From assembly GCA_900768845.1 (NCBI GenBank), contig CAAGEK010000020.1:14011-78010 (forward strand): a stretch of DNA of 64,000 bases. Direction: 5' to 3'. A program made the position numbers and the translations under genes. Within the stretch, counting starts at the first letter, position 1. Every line of letters starts with the position of its first letter. The DNA is from Alphaproteobacteria bacterium (GTDB taxonomy: Bacteria; Pseudomonadota; Alphaproteobacteria; CAAGCB01; CAG-977). Under the pieces are notes generated by a model that saw nothing but the letters and a program-made list of their open reading frames with translations, made no database searches and was not told the origin of the DNA. Positions 48,071 through 58,544 of this stretch are shown here, piece by piece.

Positions 48071-48595
48071 TTACCCTTGAGAAGCCCTCTTTTTCAATGC
48101 ATCGGGTTTCCAAATCCCGAAAACCGTCACGGCGAAAATCACAACGTCGGAAATGAAAGCCGGAAACGCCTGAATCGTAAAGTCGTAAACCGCCCAAATC
48201 AAAACGTTCGCGGCCATCGATATTTTTATGCCGCGGGGATTCGTCCCGCCGTACCAAAGCCACAATGTGTATTCCGCGTTCGCCATAACCGGAAGAACGC
48301 CGATCCAACCGTGACGGTTGACCGAAATTCCGCACACCGTCATAACCGTCATTATGACACACACGGCGACGTTGCTCATTTTGTTTTTATAAACCAAAAT
48401 GTTGCGTGCCAGCGACGCGGCGACGACCACGGCTCCCGAATATCCCCCCAGAACGAAATTCGCCATAATGTCAAAAAAATAGCAGAAAATCTGAAACAGG
48501 ACGATTTCCTCCTTTTTGTTCTTCAACGCGCTGAGAGCAAGAAAAACCATCCCGAAAAAAGATAAAACGTTTCCGGCAACCAATGTATCCGACAT
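48071..48595 (-). CDS. Small inner-membrane protein (YgjV-like, tentative)
   Basis: 174 aa with ~5 hydrophobic helices; no catalytic motifs recognised. Confidence 0.35.
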   Translation of the reverse strand: MSDTLVAGNVLSFFGMVFLALSALKNKKEEIVLFQIFCYFFDIMANFVLGGYSGAVVVAASLARNILVYKNKMSNVAVCVIMTVMTVCGISVNRHGWIGVLPVMANAEYTLWLWYGGTNPRGIKISMAANVLIWAVYDFTIQAFPAFISDVVIFAVTVFGIWKPDALKKRASQG

Positions 48596-48735
48596 TTTTA
48601 AAATCCTTTGTTTTACGCCAGTATCCCGCTTTAACTGATTCGGGCAAGAAAAAAGCCGTTCGGGGCATCAAAATCTTGAGCGGGAACCGTTTTGATTTTA
48701 TTCTTGTTCGCAAATTCGGGAAAAGGTTTTTTGAA

Positions 48736-49239
48736 ATGATTACGCTTTATCCGTGCAACCGGACGGTTCAAGATGCAAAGCTGGTTTTTTCATGGCGCAA
48801 CGATCCGGCCACCGTCGCCGCGGCGTACCTTCCGTTGCCCAAAACTTGGGACGCGTTTTTGATGGAATACGAAGAATGCTATTTCGGTCTGCCCGATTTT
48901 CCGCCTTTTTTCATTTTGAAAAACGGACTGCCGGCAGGTTTCATGCGTTTCGATTCGGTACGACAGGACGACCTTGACGGACGGACGGTTTTGGAAATCA
49001 TGATAAACGTCGCTCCCGAACACAGGCGGAAAGGAACGGGATTCGCCGCGGTTCAAGCGGCAAAAACCCTGACGGAATCCAAAGGAGTCGCCGCATTGAT
49101 CGCCGACATAAGAAAGGAAAACACCGCATCCCGCCGGCTGTTTGAAAAGAGCGGATTTACAATTTTGCACGAAAGAACGGAATTCATCGAAAAAATTAAC
49201 GAAAAATCCCGAATTCTCTGCTATCGTTATATGTTATAG
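48736..49239 (+). CDS. GNAT-family N-acetyltransferase
   Basis: Start at the internal ATG of the listed ORF. RRKGTGFAAVQAAKT ... RRLFEKSGF acetyl-CoA-binding pattern. Confidence 0.65.
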   Translation: MITLYPCNRTVQDAKLVFSWRNDPATVAAAYLPLPKTWDAFLMEYEECYFGLPDFPPFFILKNGLPAGFMRFDSVRQDDLDGRTVLEIMINVAPEHRRKGTGFAAVQAAKTLTESKGVAALIADIRKENTASRRLFEKSGFTILHERTEFIEKINEKSRILCYRYML

Positions 49240-49291
49240 AGCTTTTTTAACTTTTTCCGGAAAAAACGGAAAGAAACGGAAACAGGAACCC

Positions 49292-50422
49292 ATGAACACA
49301 ACGGCTTACTTCACTTTCATTTTCGCAGTGTTCGCCATCAACATGGTTGCGATGACCGGATACTATATTTTTGCGCAACGGCGCGATTTCATGACGGTTG
49401 TCGACCGCCCCGTTTCGTGCAACATGAAACACGCCGGCGTCATCCAAAGCCTGTTTCTGATTGCGGCGGCGACGGCGTTTTGCTTTCTCGACCCCGACAA
49501 GGAATGGATCGGCGAAAACCGTTTGACGATGCTCGTCGGATGTTCGGGCGGATTCGCTTTAATCGGACTGTTTCCCGTAAAGAACAAAATTTCAGCCGTT
49601 CTGAACACCCTTTTGCAAATGGCGGGAATCGCCTTTGCGGTATCCCTGTTACCCGAAAATTCGGCCTTTTTCCCCCCTGAAGCGGGATTGCCCGAATATG
49701 CGGACAAGGTTTGCGCCGGAATTTTATGGTTCGCCGTTTTCCGTCTGATGATCAGAATGGACGATTTGAAGTCCTTCACCGCACAGCAAGGGGCGGTCAT
49801 CGGATTGTTGTGCGTCATCGCGTTATTTATGAACCATCCCCTGTCCGGAACGTTTTTCCGTTTCTCGGGCATTCTTCTGCCCGTTTCGTTCATTTTGAGC
49901 ATCTTTTTCATGTTCGGTGCGCAAATTCCCTCCTCTCGCGTATTCCAAAACGTTTTCTGTTTTGCCGTCACATGGGTTCCTTTTTATATGGCTTCGCAAG
50001 GGCGGTGGGGCAGTGCGGCGTTGTTGCTGACGTATCCTTTGTTGGAAATCACGGCGTATTGTTGCCGGTTCTTTTACGGTTTTTTGATGAAAATCAAACC
50101 CGAGTTTCTGTTTGAATCGCTTGAAAACAAAGGCGTTCCCGCCGTTTTTATCGTCCGTTTCATTTTCCGGCGCAATCTGTTAATGGGCGGATTGTGGTTG
50201 CTGTCCCTGCAGGCGTCATTGCAATATCAACCCGTCGTTTTGGCCGCGCTGTTCATGTTGGACAGCTATATCCGCATCGTTTCCCCTTCCAAAAAAGACA
50301 CGTCCCTGAAAACGCTGTTCACGGATATGGCTTCCGATGCGAAAAAAGGGTTTAAAGAAACCAACAAGGCTTTTTCCGATCTGAAGGAAAAATACAAATC
50401 GAAACGGGATAAAAGCGAATGA
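49292..50422 (+). CDS. Polytopic membrane protein (about 9-10 TM) with lysine-rich C-terminal tail, function unknown
   Basis: Start at Met MNTTAYFTF (the listed ORF extends upstream). Multiple hydrophobic helices. C-terminal KKGFKETNKAFSDLKEKYKSKRDKSE. Confidence 0.5.
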   Translation: MNTTAYFTFIFAVFAINMVAMTGYYIFAQRRDFMTVVDRPVSCNMKHAGVIQSLFLIAAATAFCFLDPDKEWIGENRLTMLVGCSGGFALIGLFPVKNKISAVLNTLLQMAGIAFAVSLLPENSAFFPPEAGLPEYADKVCAGILWFAVFRLMIRMDDLKSFTAQQGAVIGLLCVIALFMNHPLSGTFFRFSGILLPVSFILSIFFMFGAQIPSSRVFQNVFCFAVTWVPFYMASQGRWGSAALLLTYPLLEITAYCCRFFYGFLMKIKPEFLFESLENKGVPAVFIVRFIFRRNLLMGGLWLLSLQASLQYQPVVLAALFMLDSYIRIVSPSKKDTSLKTLFTDMASDAKKGFKETNKAFSDLKEKYKSKRDKSE

Positions 50423-51732
50423 GCGGTGCGGAAACGTTGACCCGACGCATGGCCGTCGAAATCTTTTCCGCCGTCCTCAGGCAGGGAAAAGGGCTGGAAG
50501 AGGAATTCGCCCTCCGGATGGCGGATCAGGATAAGAAACAGCCTTTGGAAATCAGGGACAGGATGTTCGTCCGCCTGCTGGTTACGACGATGTTGCGCCG
50601 TTTGGGGCAGATTGACAACATTTTAGCCCGTTTTTTGAAAAAGCCCCTGCCTGACAGAGCCGCCTATGTCACGGATGTTTTGCGTTTGTCGACGGCTCAG
50701 CTGGTTTTTTTAAACACTCCGCCGCACGCCGCCGTATCGACGGGCGTTTCAATGGTAAAATCATGGGGAATCGGCGGATTCGCAGGACTGGCCAATGCCG
50801 TTCTACGCCGTGTCGCAAACGAAGGGGGACAAATCGCGGCGAAACAAAACGCCGCGGAAATGAATATTCCGTCATGGTTGTTGCGTTGTTGGGAAAAAGC
50901 GTTCGACAAGCAAACCGCCCTGAAAATAGCGCGGGCGGGGGAAAACGAGGCTCCGTTGGATTTTTCCGTAAAGGCGAATCCCGAAGAATGGGCGGAAAAG
51001 CTGGACGCAATCATTATGCCGACAGGAACGTTGCGCCGTGAAAAATCGGCTTCCGTACCGTCTTTGGAAGGTTTTGAAGACGGGCAATGGTGGGTTCAAG
51101 ATCTGGCCGCCGCCCTGCCTGCAAAGTTGCTGACGGACATCGAAGATAAAAGGGTGATCGACATTTGCGCCGCCCCCGGCGGAAAGACGGCTCAACTGGT
51201 TTGCGCGGGTGCGGAAGTGACGGCTTTGGACATTTCGGCGAACCGTCTGAAACGCCTGAGCGACAATATGAACCGTTTAAATATGTCCGTCGAAACAATC
51301 GCCGCCGACGCACGCAAGTGGTGGGCGGAAGAAGGCGGCGTTTCCGAACGGTTCGACGCCGTTTTGCTGGACGCGCCCTGTTCCGCGACGGGAACGTTGC
51401 GCCGCCATCCCGACGTTGTTTGGCACAGAACGCCCGAAGATGTGTTGCGTTTGAACAAAACACAGGCGGAACTGTTGGAAACGGCGTTGGATATGCTGGA
51501 CGAAGACGGCAGACTGGTTTATTGTGTCTGTTCCCTTTTGCCGTCCGAAGGAATTCGGATCATCGACGCCGCCGTCGAAAAAGGTTTGGCCGAACGCGAC
51601 CCCGTAACTGCGGACGAAGTGCCTGATTTTATGATAACGGCCAAAGGCGATTTATGCGTTTTGCCGTTTTTTTATCAGGAATCGGGCGGATGCGACGGTT
51701 TTTACGCCGCCCGTCTGAAAAAGAAAGGATGA
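50419..51732 (+). CDS. rsmB: 16S rRNA (cytosine-C5)-methyltransferase RsmB/Sun
   Basis: NusB-like N-terminus, SAM motif IDICAAPGGKTAQL, catalytic DAPCSATGTLRRHPD and CSL motifs. Confidence 0.85.
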   Translation: MSGAETLTRRMAVEIFSAVLRQGKGLEEEFALRMADQDKKQPLEIRDRMFVRLLVTTMLRRLGQIDNILARFLKKPLPDRAAYVTDVLRLSTAQLVFLNTPPHAAVSTGVSMVKSWGIGGFAGLANAVLRRVANEGGQIAAKQNAAEMNIPSWLLRCWEKAFDKQTALKIARAGENEAPLDFSVKANPEEWAEKLDAIIMPTGTLRREKSASVPSLEGFEDGQWWVQDLAAALPAKLLTDIEDKRVIDICAAPGGKTAQLVCAGAEVTALDISANRLKRLSDNMNRLNMSVETIAADARKWWAEEGGVSERFDAVLLDAPCSATGTLRRHPDVVWHRTPEDVLRLNKTQAELLETALDMLDEDGRLVYCVCSLLPSEGIRIIDAAVEKGLAERDPVTADEVPDFMITAKGDLCVLPFFYQESGGCDGFYAARLKKKG

Positions 51733-51738
51733 TTCTTT

Positions 51739-52839
51739 ATGACAGCTTTGCCCGTTCTCTATCCTTTTATCGAAGACGCCTTTTGCGAAACGACCGCCGG
51801 AGCCGTCGCCGAAATCAAGCGTCTGGCGGCGGCGCGCACGGCGGATCCGCTGATTGTCGTCGATAAACGGGGAAGAATATCGGATCTGTTGAAAAAAGAA
51901 GGGTTGCCGTTCACGGAATTGCCCATGAAACGTCCCGTCCATCCCCGAACGTTTTTCATCAGCGTGTTCTTTCGCCTGTTTTCCTCAAGCCTGCCTTTGT
52001 TCGTCTTTTTAAAACAGAATCCTGCGGCTTTGGTGCATTTTCACGATCTGACCTCGGCGTTGACGTGGGCAAGCGCGATAAAAATGTACCGGATTCCGTA
52101 CATCGTTTCTTTGCCGGCGTATGAAAAAACCTCCCGATACGGCGTTATAACGCTCAAAGATGCAGGGGCGGTGACTTGTCCGTCGCAAACGATCAAGGAT
52201 TTTATGCGCCCGTGGCTGCGCGAACGCGTAAAAATCGTCCCCACGGCGGTATGCGTCCCTTTCATCAACGAAAAACAGGCCGTCAAGATGCGCAGGGATT
52301 TTCTAAAAAACGAAAAACTGTCCGAAACGGATCTGATTTTCGCCGCGGAAACAGGCGATAATAAACAGCCTTTGGCTGAAACGGCGCGAAAAATATCCGA
52401 AACAACCGGCAAAAAAACCGTTGTCTTTGCCGCAAAAAGCAAAGAACCGTTCCAAGACAGCCGTCTGCGCTTTGTCGAAGAGGACGAACTTGAAGACATT
52501 CTGCCGTTTTGCCACGCTTTTTTGGCCATGAAGCCTCTCTGTCAAAATTCGCCCCTGTCGTATCGAGCCATGTTGTCGGGGTTGTCTGTTTTCGCACCGG
52601 CCGAAGGCGTTTATCCGGAGTTTATTTTGGAAAACGAAACGGGATTTTTAATGCGCACCTTCGATCCCGAAGAACAGGCCGCATTCATCGCGCAAAAGGC
52701 CGGCGATCCTTCCCTGCTTTCCGAAACGGGGGCGCGTGCGAAGGAAAGCATGGAACTGATGTTCAAAAATACAGAATCGTTATGGAAAAACCTGTATGCG
52801 GGATTGATCGCCCGCCGCCGCGGTTTTTTCAAAAAGTGA
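51739..52839 (+). CDS. Glycosyltransferase family 1 (GT4)-like protein
   Basis: C-terminal YRAMLSGLSVFAPAEGVYPEFILENETGFLM resembles the GT1 E-x7-E region. Overall family assignment is tentative. Confidence 0.4.
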   Translation: MTALPVLYPFIEDAFCETTAGAVAEIKRLAAARTADPLIVVDKRGRISDLLKKEGLPFTELPMKRPVHPRTFFISVFFRLFSSSLPLFVFLKQNPAALVHFHDLTSALTWASAIKMYRIPYIVSLPAYEKTSRYGVITLKDAGAVTCPSQTIKDFMRPWLRERVKIVPTAVCVPFINEKQAVKMRRDFLKNEKLSETDLIFAAETGDNKQPLAETARKISETTGKKTVVFAAKSKEPFQDSRLRFVEEDELEDILPFCHAFLAMKPLCQNSPLSYRAMLSGLSVFAPAEGVYPEFILENETGFLMRTFDPEEQAAFIAQKAGDPSLLSETGARAKESMELMFKNTESLWKNLYAGLIARRRGFFKK

Positions 52840-52853
52840 AAAAAGGAGTTTCC

Positions 52854-53417
52854 GTGAAATACGTTCTTTCTTTGTTGTTGCCGGTTTTATTCGGCTTTTC
52901 GGCACAGGCTCAGACCAATCCCCCCCAACCTGCCATGTTCAACCCCAAACAGGTCGAACAGATCGGCGTTTTCGACGACTGGACAGCCTATATTTATGAA
53001 AACAAAAAGGAAAAAGTCTGCTATGCGGCCTCCGCCCCGTTCAAATCTTCGGGCGAATATGTGCGGCGCGGCGACGTTTTCCTGATTGTATCCCACCGCC
53101 CCAAAGAAGAGTTGTTCGACGTCTTGACGGTCGTTGCCGGCTATACATACATGCCGCGATCCGAACCCGTGTTCCGCGTTGGAAAAACAAAATTCAGCCT
53201 GTTTACGCACCGCGACACCGCATGGACGAAAAACCTCAGAACGGACAAGGAAATCGCCGAAGCCATGAACAGGGGCGTTCGGGCGACTTTGCGCGGAACA
53301 AGCATAGAAAACGTCGAAACTTACGACACTTTTTCGTTAAAAGGCTTTAACAATGCCATGGAAGCCCTGAACCGCCTGTGCCATAACAAGCCCGTCTCCG
53401 AGAAAAAAGCCGACTGA
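52854..53417 (+). CDS. Invasion-associated locus B (IalB)-family periplasmic protein
   Basis: GTG start with AAGGAG RBS and a signal peptide. Conserved W...Y and two-Cys pattern of the IalB family; 187 aa. Confidence 0.6.
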   Translation: MKYVLSLLLPVLFGFSAQAQTNPPQPAMFNPKQVEQIGVFDDWTAYIYENKKEKVCYAASAPFKSSGEYVRRGDVFLIVSHRPKEELFDVLTVVAGYTYMPRSEPVFRVGKTKFSLFTHRDTAWTKNLRTDKEIAEAMNRGVRATLRGTSIENVETYDTFSLKGFNNAMEALNRLCHNKPVSEKKAD

Positions 53418-53495
53418 TTTTGTATTTTCGGTTTTGTATCGTTTAAACGAAAGTGATATGCTGTCGGTTAAAACAGATGAATAAAGGTTGACAAT

Positions 53496-53957
53496 ATGAC
53501 AGAAACTCCCCCTCTTGATCCGGTGCGTCAGGAATTCGCCGATATGTATGAAGAAACGCTTGTCGACGCTTTGGAAGCCAGAAACGGCGAGGTTTCCGAA
53601 GACGAAGAGCGGAATTTGCGTGTTGACGCAATGGTCGATGCGGCCATGCGCGTACGAAAGGATCTGGATCCTTTGCTGGCGAACAAGCTGAAATCTCTGG
53701 AAAACCTGAAGGATTACAAACAATACCTGTTTTCCGAATTCAAATTGCTGGGGTACGTTTCGCGCCACAGTTCCGCCCGCGTTTTCGCAGAATACCTGTT
53801 AATGTCGATCATGGACGAATTTGAAGCGGAAGACGTCATCGATTTTTCCTATCTGGGTGACGAACTGAACAAGGCTTATGCCCGCATTCCCGAAGATTAT
53901 AAGGAAACTTTGCGCGACTTGCGCCGCATTTTCCCGTGGGGAAACCTGATCGATTGA
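53496..53957 (+). CDS. Hypothetical acidic cytoplasmic protein
   Basis: 153-aa ORF with coding-like composition and no recognised motifs. Confidence 0.5.
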   Translation: MTETPPLDPVRQEFADMYEETLVDALEARNGEVSEDEERNLRVDAMVDAAMRVRKDLDPLLANKLKSLENLKDYKQYLFSEFKLLGYVSRHSSARVFAEYLLMSIMDEFEAEDVIDFSYLGDELNKAYARIPEDYKETLRDLRRIFPWGNLID

Positions 53958-54026
53958 GCATTGTGACGCTTGACGGGCTTTTATCCGCTTGCCGCGAAGG
54001 TTTTTCAAAAATCTTCGCGGTTTTTC

Positions 54027-54794
54027 TTATTCCCCTTTTTCCGGAAGGTGCGAAAGGATACGGTCGGCGATCGCGGCCGGCAAAATGCTCATGACCCACG
54101 CTGAAAAAGCCATCGGCCACGGAAAAGTGATACGGCTTTTGTTTTTTGAAAGCCCTTTTGCAATGATTTTCGCCGCTTTGTCCGCCGGCATGAAAAACGG
54201 CATCGGGAATTTGTTTTTCGCCGTGATGCGTGACGCGACAAATCCCGGACAGATGACGTTGACTTCGATGTTTTCACGCACGAGCCGGCCGCGCAAAGCC
54301 TCCCCCCATGCGCGTACCGCCGTTTTGCTTCCCGAATACGCCGGCGCGGACGGAAGCCCCCTGTACCCCGCCAGAGAACTCAGAACGGCGATCTGACCTT
54401 TTTTCCTTTTCCTCATCCGTTCCATCACCGGAAAAACCGTATTCAAAACCCCGCCCAGATTAACGGCGAAAATCCGGCGCGTCTGTTCTTCGGTTTCTCC
54501 CTCAGCCCCTGCGGGACCTGCGGAAATGCCCGCATTCGCTATCGCCAAATCCAAACAAGCCGCATCGTCGCATTTGAAAATCCATTCTTTGAGTGCGTCC
54601 GAATCCGTCACATTGACACATTCGGCACAAACTTCCGCCCCCTTCAAGCGGCACTTTCGCGCCGCTTCCTCAAGCCGTTCCCGATTGCGTCCGCATAAAA
54701 ACAGCGTCCTGCCCTTTGCCGCATAAAACAAAGCCAACGCTTCCCCGATACCGCTGGAAGCCCCCGTAATTAAAATATTTTCCGGATTTTTCAT
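54027..54794 (-). CDS. Short-chain dehydrogenase/reductase (SDR) family oxidoreductase
   Basis: ITGASSGIGEAL Rossmann motif, NAG, YSGSK catalytic Tyr-Lys. Confidence 0.8.
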   Translation of the reverse strand: MKNPENILITGASSGIGEALALFYAAKGRTLFLCGRNRERLEEAARKCRLKGAEVCAECVNVTDSDALKEWIFKCDDAACLDLAIANAGISAGPAGAEGETEEQTRRIFAVNLGGVLNTVFPVMERMRKRKKGQIAVLSSLAGYRGLPSAPAYSGSKTAVRAWGEALRGRLVRENIEVNVICPGFVASRITAKNKFPMPFFMPADKAAKIIAKGLSKNKSRITFPWPMAFSAWVMSILPAAIADRILSHLPEKGE

Positions 54795-54865
54795 TTTTTA
54801 TTTTCCTGTTTGAATCGGTTTTATGTAAGGTATGTCAAAATGGCGTTTCAATAAAGGGGCTTTTC

Positions 54866-55735
54866 ATGGAAAGTATGACGGGATTCGGATCTGCGGCGGA
54901 AAGCGGCTTGGTTTGGTCGGTGCGCAGCGTCAACGGAAAAAGCCTTGATGCAAGGATGCGCCTGCCCGCGGGATATGATTTTCTGGAACAGGACGTGCGC
55001 GAAATTTTGCACCGGAACTTTACACGCGGCTCTTTTAACGTAACGTTGGAAATCGCCGGAAACGCTCCGGAAAACGACGCTTTCACCGTTAATGAAAACC
55101 TGCTGGAGACGTTGTGCCGGTTGGCCGTCGCTTATCAAAAGGATTTCCCCGATTTAAGACCGGCTTCGATCGACGGGTTGATGAATGTGCGCGGCGTGGT
55201 CGAAACCGCGCCGGCGTCGCAACAAACGATTAAAGAGCGAAAGGACGCCTTACTCGCCTCTTTTTCCGCCGCCGTCAAAGAATTAAAAGCTTCCCGACTG
55301 GCGGAAGGCGCGAAAATGGCCGTTCCCCTGAAGGCTCAAATCGACGAAATCGAAAAGCTGGTCGAACGGGCGAAAAATCTGGCCGCCGCCCAGCCCGAAC
55401 GCATCCGCAACAATTTAAAAGCGCAACTCGAAACATTGAAGGAAAGTATGCCCGCCGTTTCCGAAGACCGCTTCATGCAGGAAGTATCCGTTTTAATGTT
55501 GCGCGCCGACGTTCGCGAAGAACTCGACCGTTTGGCGGCTCATGTCAATACGGCACGCGAGCTGACGGCCGAAACGGGAGCCGTCGGGAAAAAAATCGAT
55601 TTTCTGTGTCAGGAACTCAACCGCGAAGCCAACACGATGTGTTCCAAATCTTCGGACGTTGAACTGACCCGCATCGGCATGGCGTTAAAAACCGTCATCG
55701 ACCGTTTCAGAGAACAAATCCAAAATATAGAATAA
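54866..55735 (+). CDS. yicC: YicC/YloC-family stress-induced protein
   Basis: MESMTGFGSAAE... start and C-terminal DVREELDRLAAHV...KKIDFLCQELNREANTMCSKS family signature. Directly upstream of gmk, as is conserved. Confidence 0.8.
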   Translation: MESMTGFGSAAESGLVWSVRSVNGKSLDARMRLPAGYDFLEQDVREILHRNFTRGSFNVTLEIAGNAPENDAFTVNENLLETLCRLAVAYQKDFPDLRPASIDGLMNVRGVVETAPASQQTIKERKDALLASFSAAVKELKASRLAEGAKMAVPLKAQIDEIEKLVERAKNLAAAQPERIRNNLKAQLETLKESMPAVSEDRFMQEVSVLMLRADVREELDRLAAHVNTARELTAETGAVGKKIDFLCQELNREANTMCSKSSDVELTRIGMALKTVIDRFREQIQNIE

Positions 55736-55745
55736 GGAAATTGCC

Positions 55746-56396
55746 ATGACTTCATCCCTGCATATCAAACGCCGCGGTTTTATGCTTGTTCTCTCTTCGC
55801 CGTCGGGAGCCGGAAAAACGGCCATTTCACGGCGTATTCTGGCAAACGAGCCCGATATGTCCCTGTCCATTTCCGTAACGACGCGCCCGCCGCGTCCCGG
55901 CGAAGTCAACGGAAAGGACTATTTCTTTGTCGACGTCCCGACGTTTGAAGGCATGGTTCAGCGCAACGAATTTCTGGAACACGCCAAATTCTGCGACAAT
56001 TACTACGGAACGCCGCGTGAACCCGTCCGCAAGGCTTTGGAAGAAGGCAAGGACATCCTGTTCGACATAGATTGGCAGGGAACCCAGCAAATCGCCGAAA
56101 ACGCCCGCGAAGACCTTGTCAGCGTTTTCATCCTTCCCCCGTCGATTGACGAGCTGGAACGCCGTTTGTTTTCCCGCGCACAGGATTCCGAAGAAGTCGT
56201 CCGTCGCCGTATGTCCATCGCCGCGGCGGAAATGAGCCATTGGAACGAATACGACTATGTCATTGTCAACGTCGATTTTGAAGAAAGCGTCCAGAACGTC
56301 ACTTCCATCATCCGTGCCGAACGTTTGAAACGCGGACGGCAGGTCGGATTGGCCGGTTTTGTCAATTCCATGCGCGCCGCCGAAGACGCCAAATGA
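55746..56396 (+). CDS. gmk: Guanylate kinase
   Basis: P-loop SSPSGAGKT, 216 aa. Confidence 0.9.
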   Translation: MTSSLHIKRRGFMLVLSSPSGAGKTAISRRILANEPDMSLSISVTTRPPRPGEVNGKDYFFVDVPTFEGMVQRNEFLEHAKFCDNYYGTPREPVRKALEEGKDILFDIDWQGTQQIAENAREDLVSVFILPPSIDELERRLFSRAQDSEEVVRRRMSIAAAEMSHWNEYDYVIVNVDFEESVQNVTSIIRAERLKRGRQVGLAGFVNSMRAAEDAK

Positions 56397-56517
56397 ACAC
56401 AAAAGAAATCCCCGAGCCTTCGGGGATTTTATTTGTCTTTCTCTTTCAAAATCTATTGACAAAAGACGAGTTTTGGACAAAAATAACGCGTATTTTTTAT
56501 AATACTGGAGATCGATA

Positions 56518-58407
56518 ATGTCTGAACAAATGCCTAAATGGGACTTAAACGACTTATACCCCGGCATGGATTCGCCGGAATTGAAAAAAGACATCGCCGC
56601 CGTCAGCGCAGGGGCTTTGAAGTTTGAAACCCGCTACAAGGGAAAACTGGAAGGCGCAACCCCCGACGAGTTCGGAAATTCCATTGAAGAATATGAAAAA
56701 TTAAACGAAACGCTCGGCCGTTTGGATGCGTATTCCTATATGTTGCATTCAACGAACATGAACGATGCGAAAATTTCGACCTTTTACCAAAACATTCAGG
56801 AAAAATCCAACGACGTTGCGAACAAAATGCTGTTCTTTGAATTGGAACTGAACGGTTTGTCGGATGAACAAATCGCCGAAAAAATGGTTTCCCCCAAAGC
56901 CAAAAATTACGAGCCGTGGGTCAAAAACGTCCGCGCCGCCCGCGATCACAAGCTGTCCGAAGATCTGGAAAAAATGTTGCACGAAAAATCCGTCGTCGGC
57001 GCGGCGGCTTGGAACCGTCTGTTTGATGAGACGATGGCTTCCTTGCGCTTTAACATCGACGGCCGGATGGTCACCGAACCCGAAGCCATGAATATCATCT
57101 CGTCTTCGCCCGACGCCGAAAAACGTCATGCCGCCGGTGCGGAAGTCGACCGCGTCATGAAGCAAAATATGCCCGTTTTCGCGTTGATTACGAACACTTT
57201 GGCAAAAGACAAGCAGATCGAAGACGAATGGCGCGGCTATAAACGTCCCATTTCCGCCAGAAACGTTGAAAACCAAGTCGAAGACGAAGTCGTTGACGCG
57301 CTGGTTGATACGGTCGTTGCAAACCACGAAGACGTTTCCCACCGCTTTTACAAAATGAAAGCCGATTGGCTGGGCGTTGACAAACTGGAATACTGGGACA
57401 GGAACGCTCCGTTGCCCGATATGCCCGAAAAGAAATACAGCTGGGAGGAAGCCAAAAACATCGTTTTGGCGGCTTATAACGAATTTTCGCCCGAAATGGC
57501 GGCAATCGGCAAAAAGTTCTTTGACAACAAGTGGATCGACGTCGCTCCCAAAGAAGGCAAGGAAGGCGGCGCGTATGCCCATCCGACCGTTCCGTCGGCG
57601 CATCCTTATCTGATGTTGAACTTTATGGGCAAAACGAACGACGTTATGACTTTGGCGCACGAACTGGGGCACGGCGTGCATCAGTATCTGGCCAATTCCC
57701 AAGGGATGTTGAAAGCCAATACGCCGATTACTCTGGCGGAAACGGCTTCGATTTTCGGCGAGATGGTGACCTTCCAATATATGTTGAAGCACGAAAAGGA
57801 TCCGAAGCAGAAATTCGCGATGTTGGCAGAAAAGACCGGAAGTATGCTCAACTCCACGGTTCGCCAGATTGCTTTCCACCGTTTTGAAACACAAGTTCAC
57901 ACGGAACGCCGCGAAAAGGGCGAAGTCGCCCCCGAACGGCTGGACAAGATTTGGACGCAGGTTCAAACGGATGCTTTGGGCCCCGCCGTTAAAAACGATG
58001 AACGTTCCAGTTCTTCATGGGCGACGATTCCCCATTTGATCCATACGCCGTTCTATGTTTACGGTTATGCGTTCGGCGATTGTCTGGTCAATTCGCTTTA
58101 CAGCGTCCATCAGGAAGGCAAAGTCGAAGACTTCCCCAAAAAGTATATGGAAATGCTGTCCAAAGGCGGATCCGAACGTCATCAGCAGATGCTCAAACCC
58201 TTCGGGCTTGACGCGTCCAAACCCGATTTCTGGCAGAAAGGTTTGAACGTTGTCAAAGGCTTTGTCGATCAGTTGGAAGTCCTGACGGACGAGTTGGGAA
58301 TGAACCGTAACAAAGCCAAACAGACCGGCAAACAAGCCGAAACGAAACAAACGCCCGCCGCACAAAAAGGCGTCGCCAAAAAAGTTTCGGACTTAAAATC
58401 CAGATAA
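56518..58407 (+). CDS. pepF: M3-family oligoendopeptidase (PepF-like)
   Basis: HELGHGVH zinc-binding motif with downstream Glu; 629 aa. Confidence 0.8.
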   Translation: MSEQMPKWDLNDLYPGMDSPELKKDIAAVSAGALKFETRYKGKLEGATPDEFGNSIEEYEKLNETLGRLDAYSYMLHSTNMNDAKISTFYQNIQEKSNDVANKMLFFELELNGLSDEQIAEKMVSPKAKNYEPWVKNVRAARDHKLSEDLEKMLHEKSVVGAAAWNRLFDETMASLRFNIDGRMVTEPEAMNIISSSPDAEKRHAAGAEVDRVMKQNMPVFALITNTLAKDKQIEDEWRGYKRPISARNVENQVEDEVVDALVDTVVANHEDVSHRFYKMKADWLGVDKLEYWDRNAPLPDMPEKKYSWEEAKNIVLAAYNEFSPEMAAIGKKFFDNKWIDVAPKEGKEGGAYAHPTVPSAHPYLMLNFMGKTNDVMTLAHELGHGVHQYLANSQGMLKANTPITLAETASIFGEMVTFQYMLKHEKDPKQKFAMLAEKTGSMLNSTVRQIAFHRFETQVHTERREKGEVAPERLDKIWTQVQTDALGPAVKNDERSSSSWATIPHLIHTPFYVYGYAFGDCLVNSLYSVHQEGKVEDFPKKYMEMLSKGGSERHQQMLKPFGLDASKPDFWQKGLNVVKGFVDQLEVLTDELGMNRNKAKQTGKQAETKQTPAAQKGVAKKVSDLKSR

Positions 58408-58426
58408 GGCGTTAATTTCTAAAAAA

Positions 58427-58459
58427 GAGCGGCGGTTTCCATAAACTGCCGCTTTTTTG
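58427..58459 (+). terminator. Rho-independent terminator after pepF
   Basis: GAGCGGCGG ... CTGCCGCT hairpin followed by TTTTTT. Confidence 0.65.
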
Positions 58460-58544
58460 TCGTCCGTAAACACCCCATCGGATGTTACGAAAATGATTGT
58501 TTTAGATTTTTCAATCTCTTAAATTATTAAAAAAGGAGTTTATC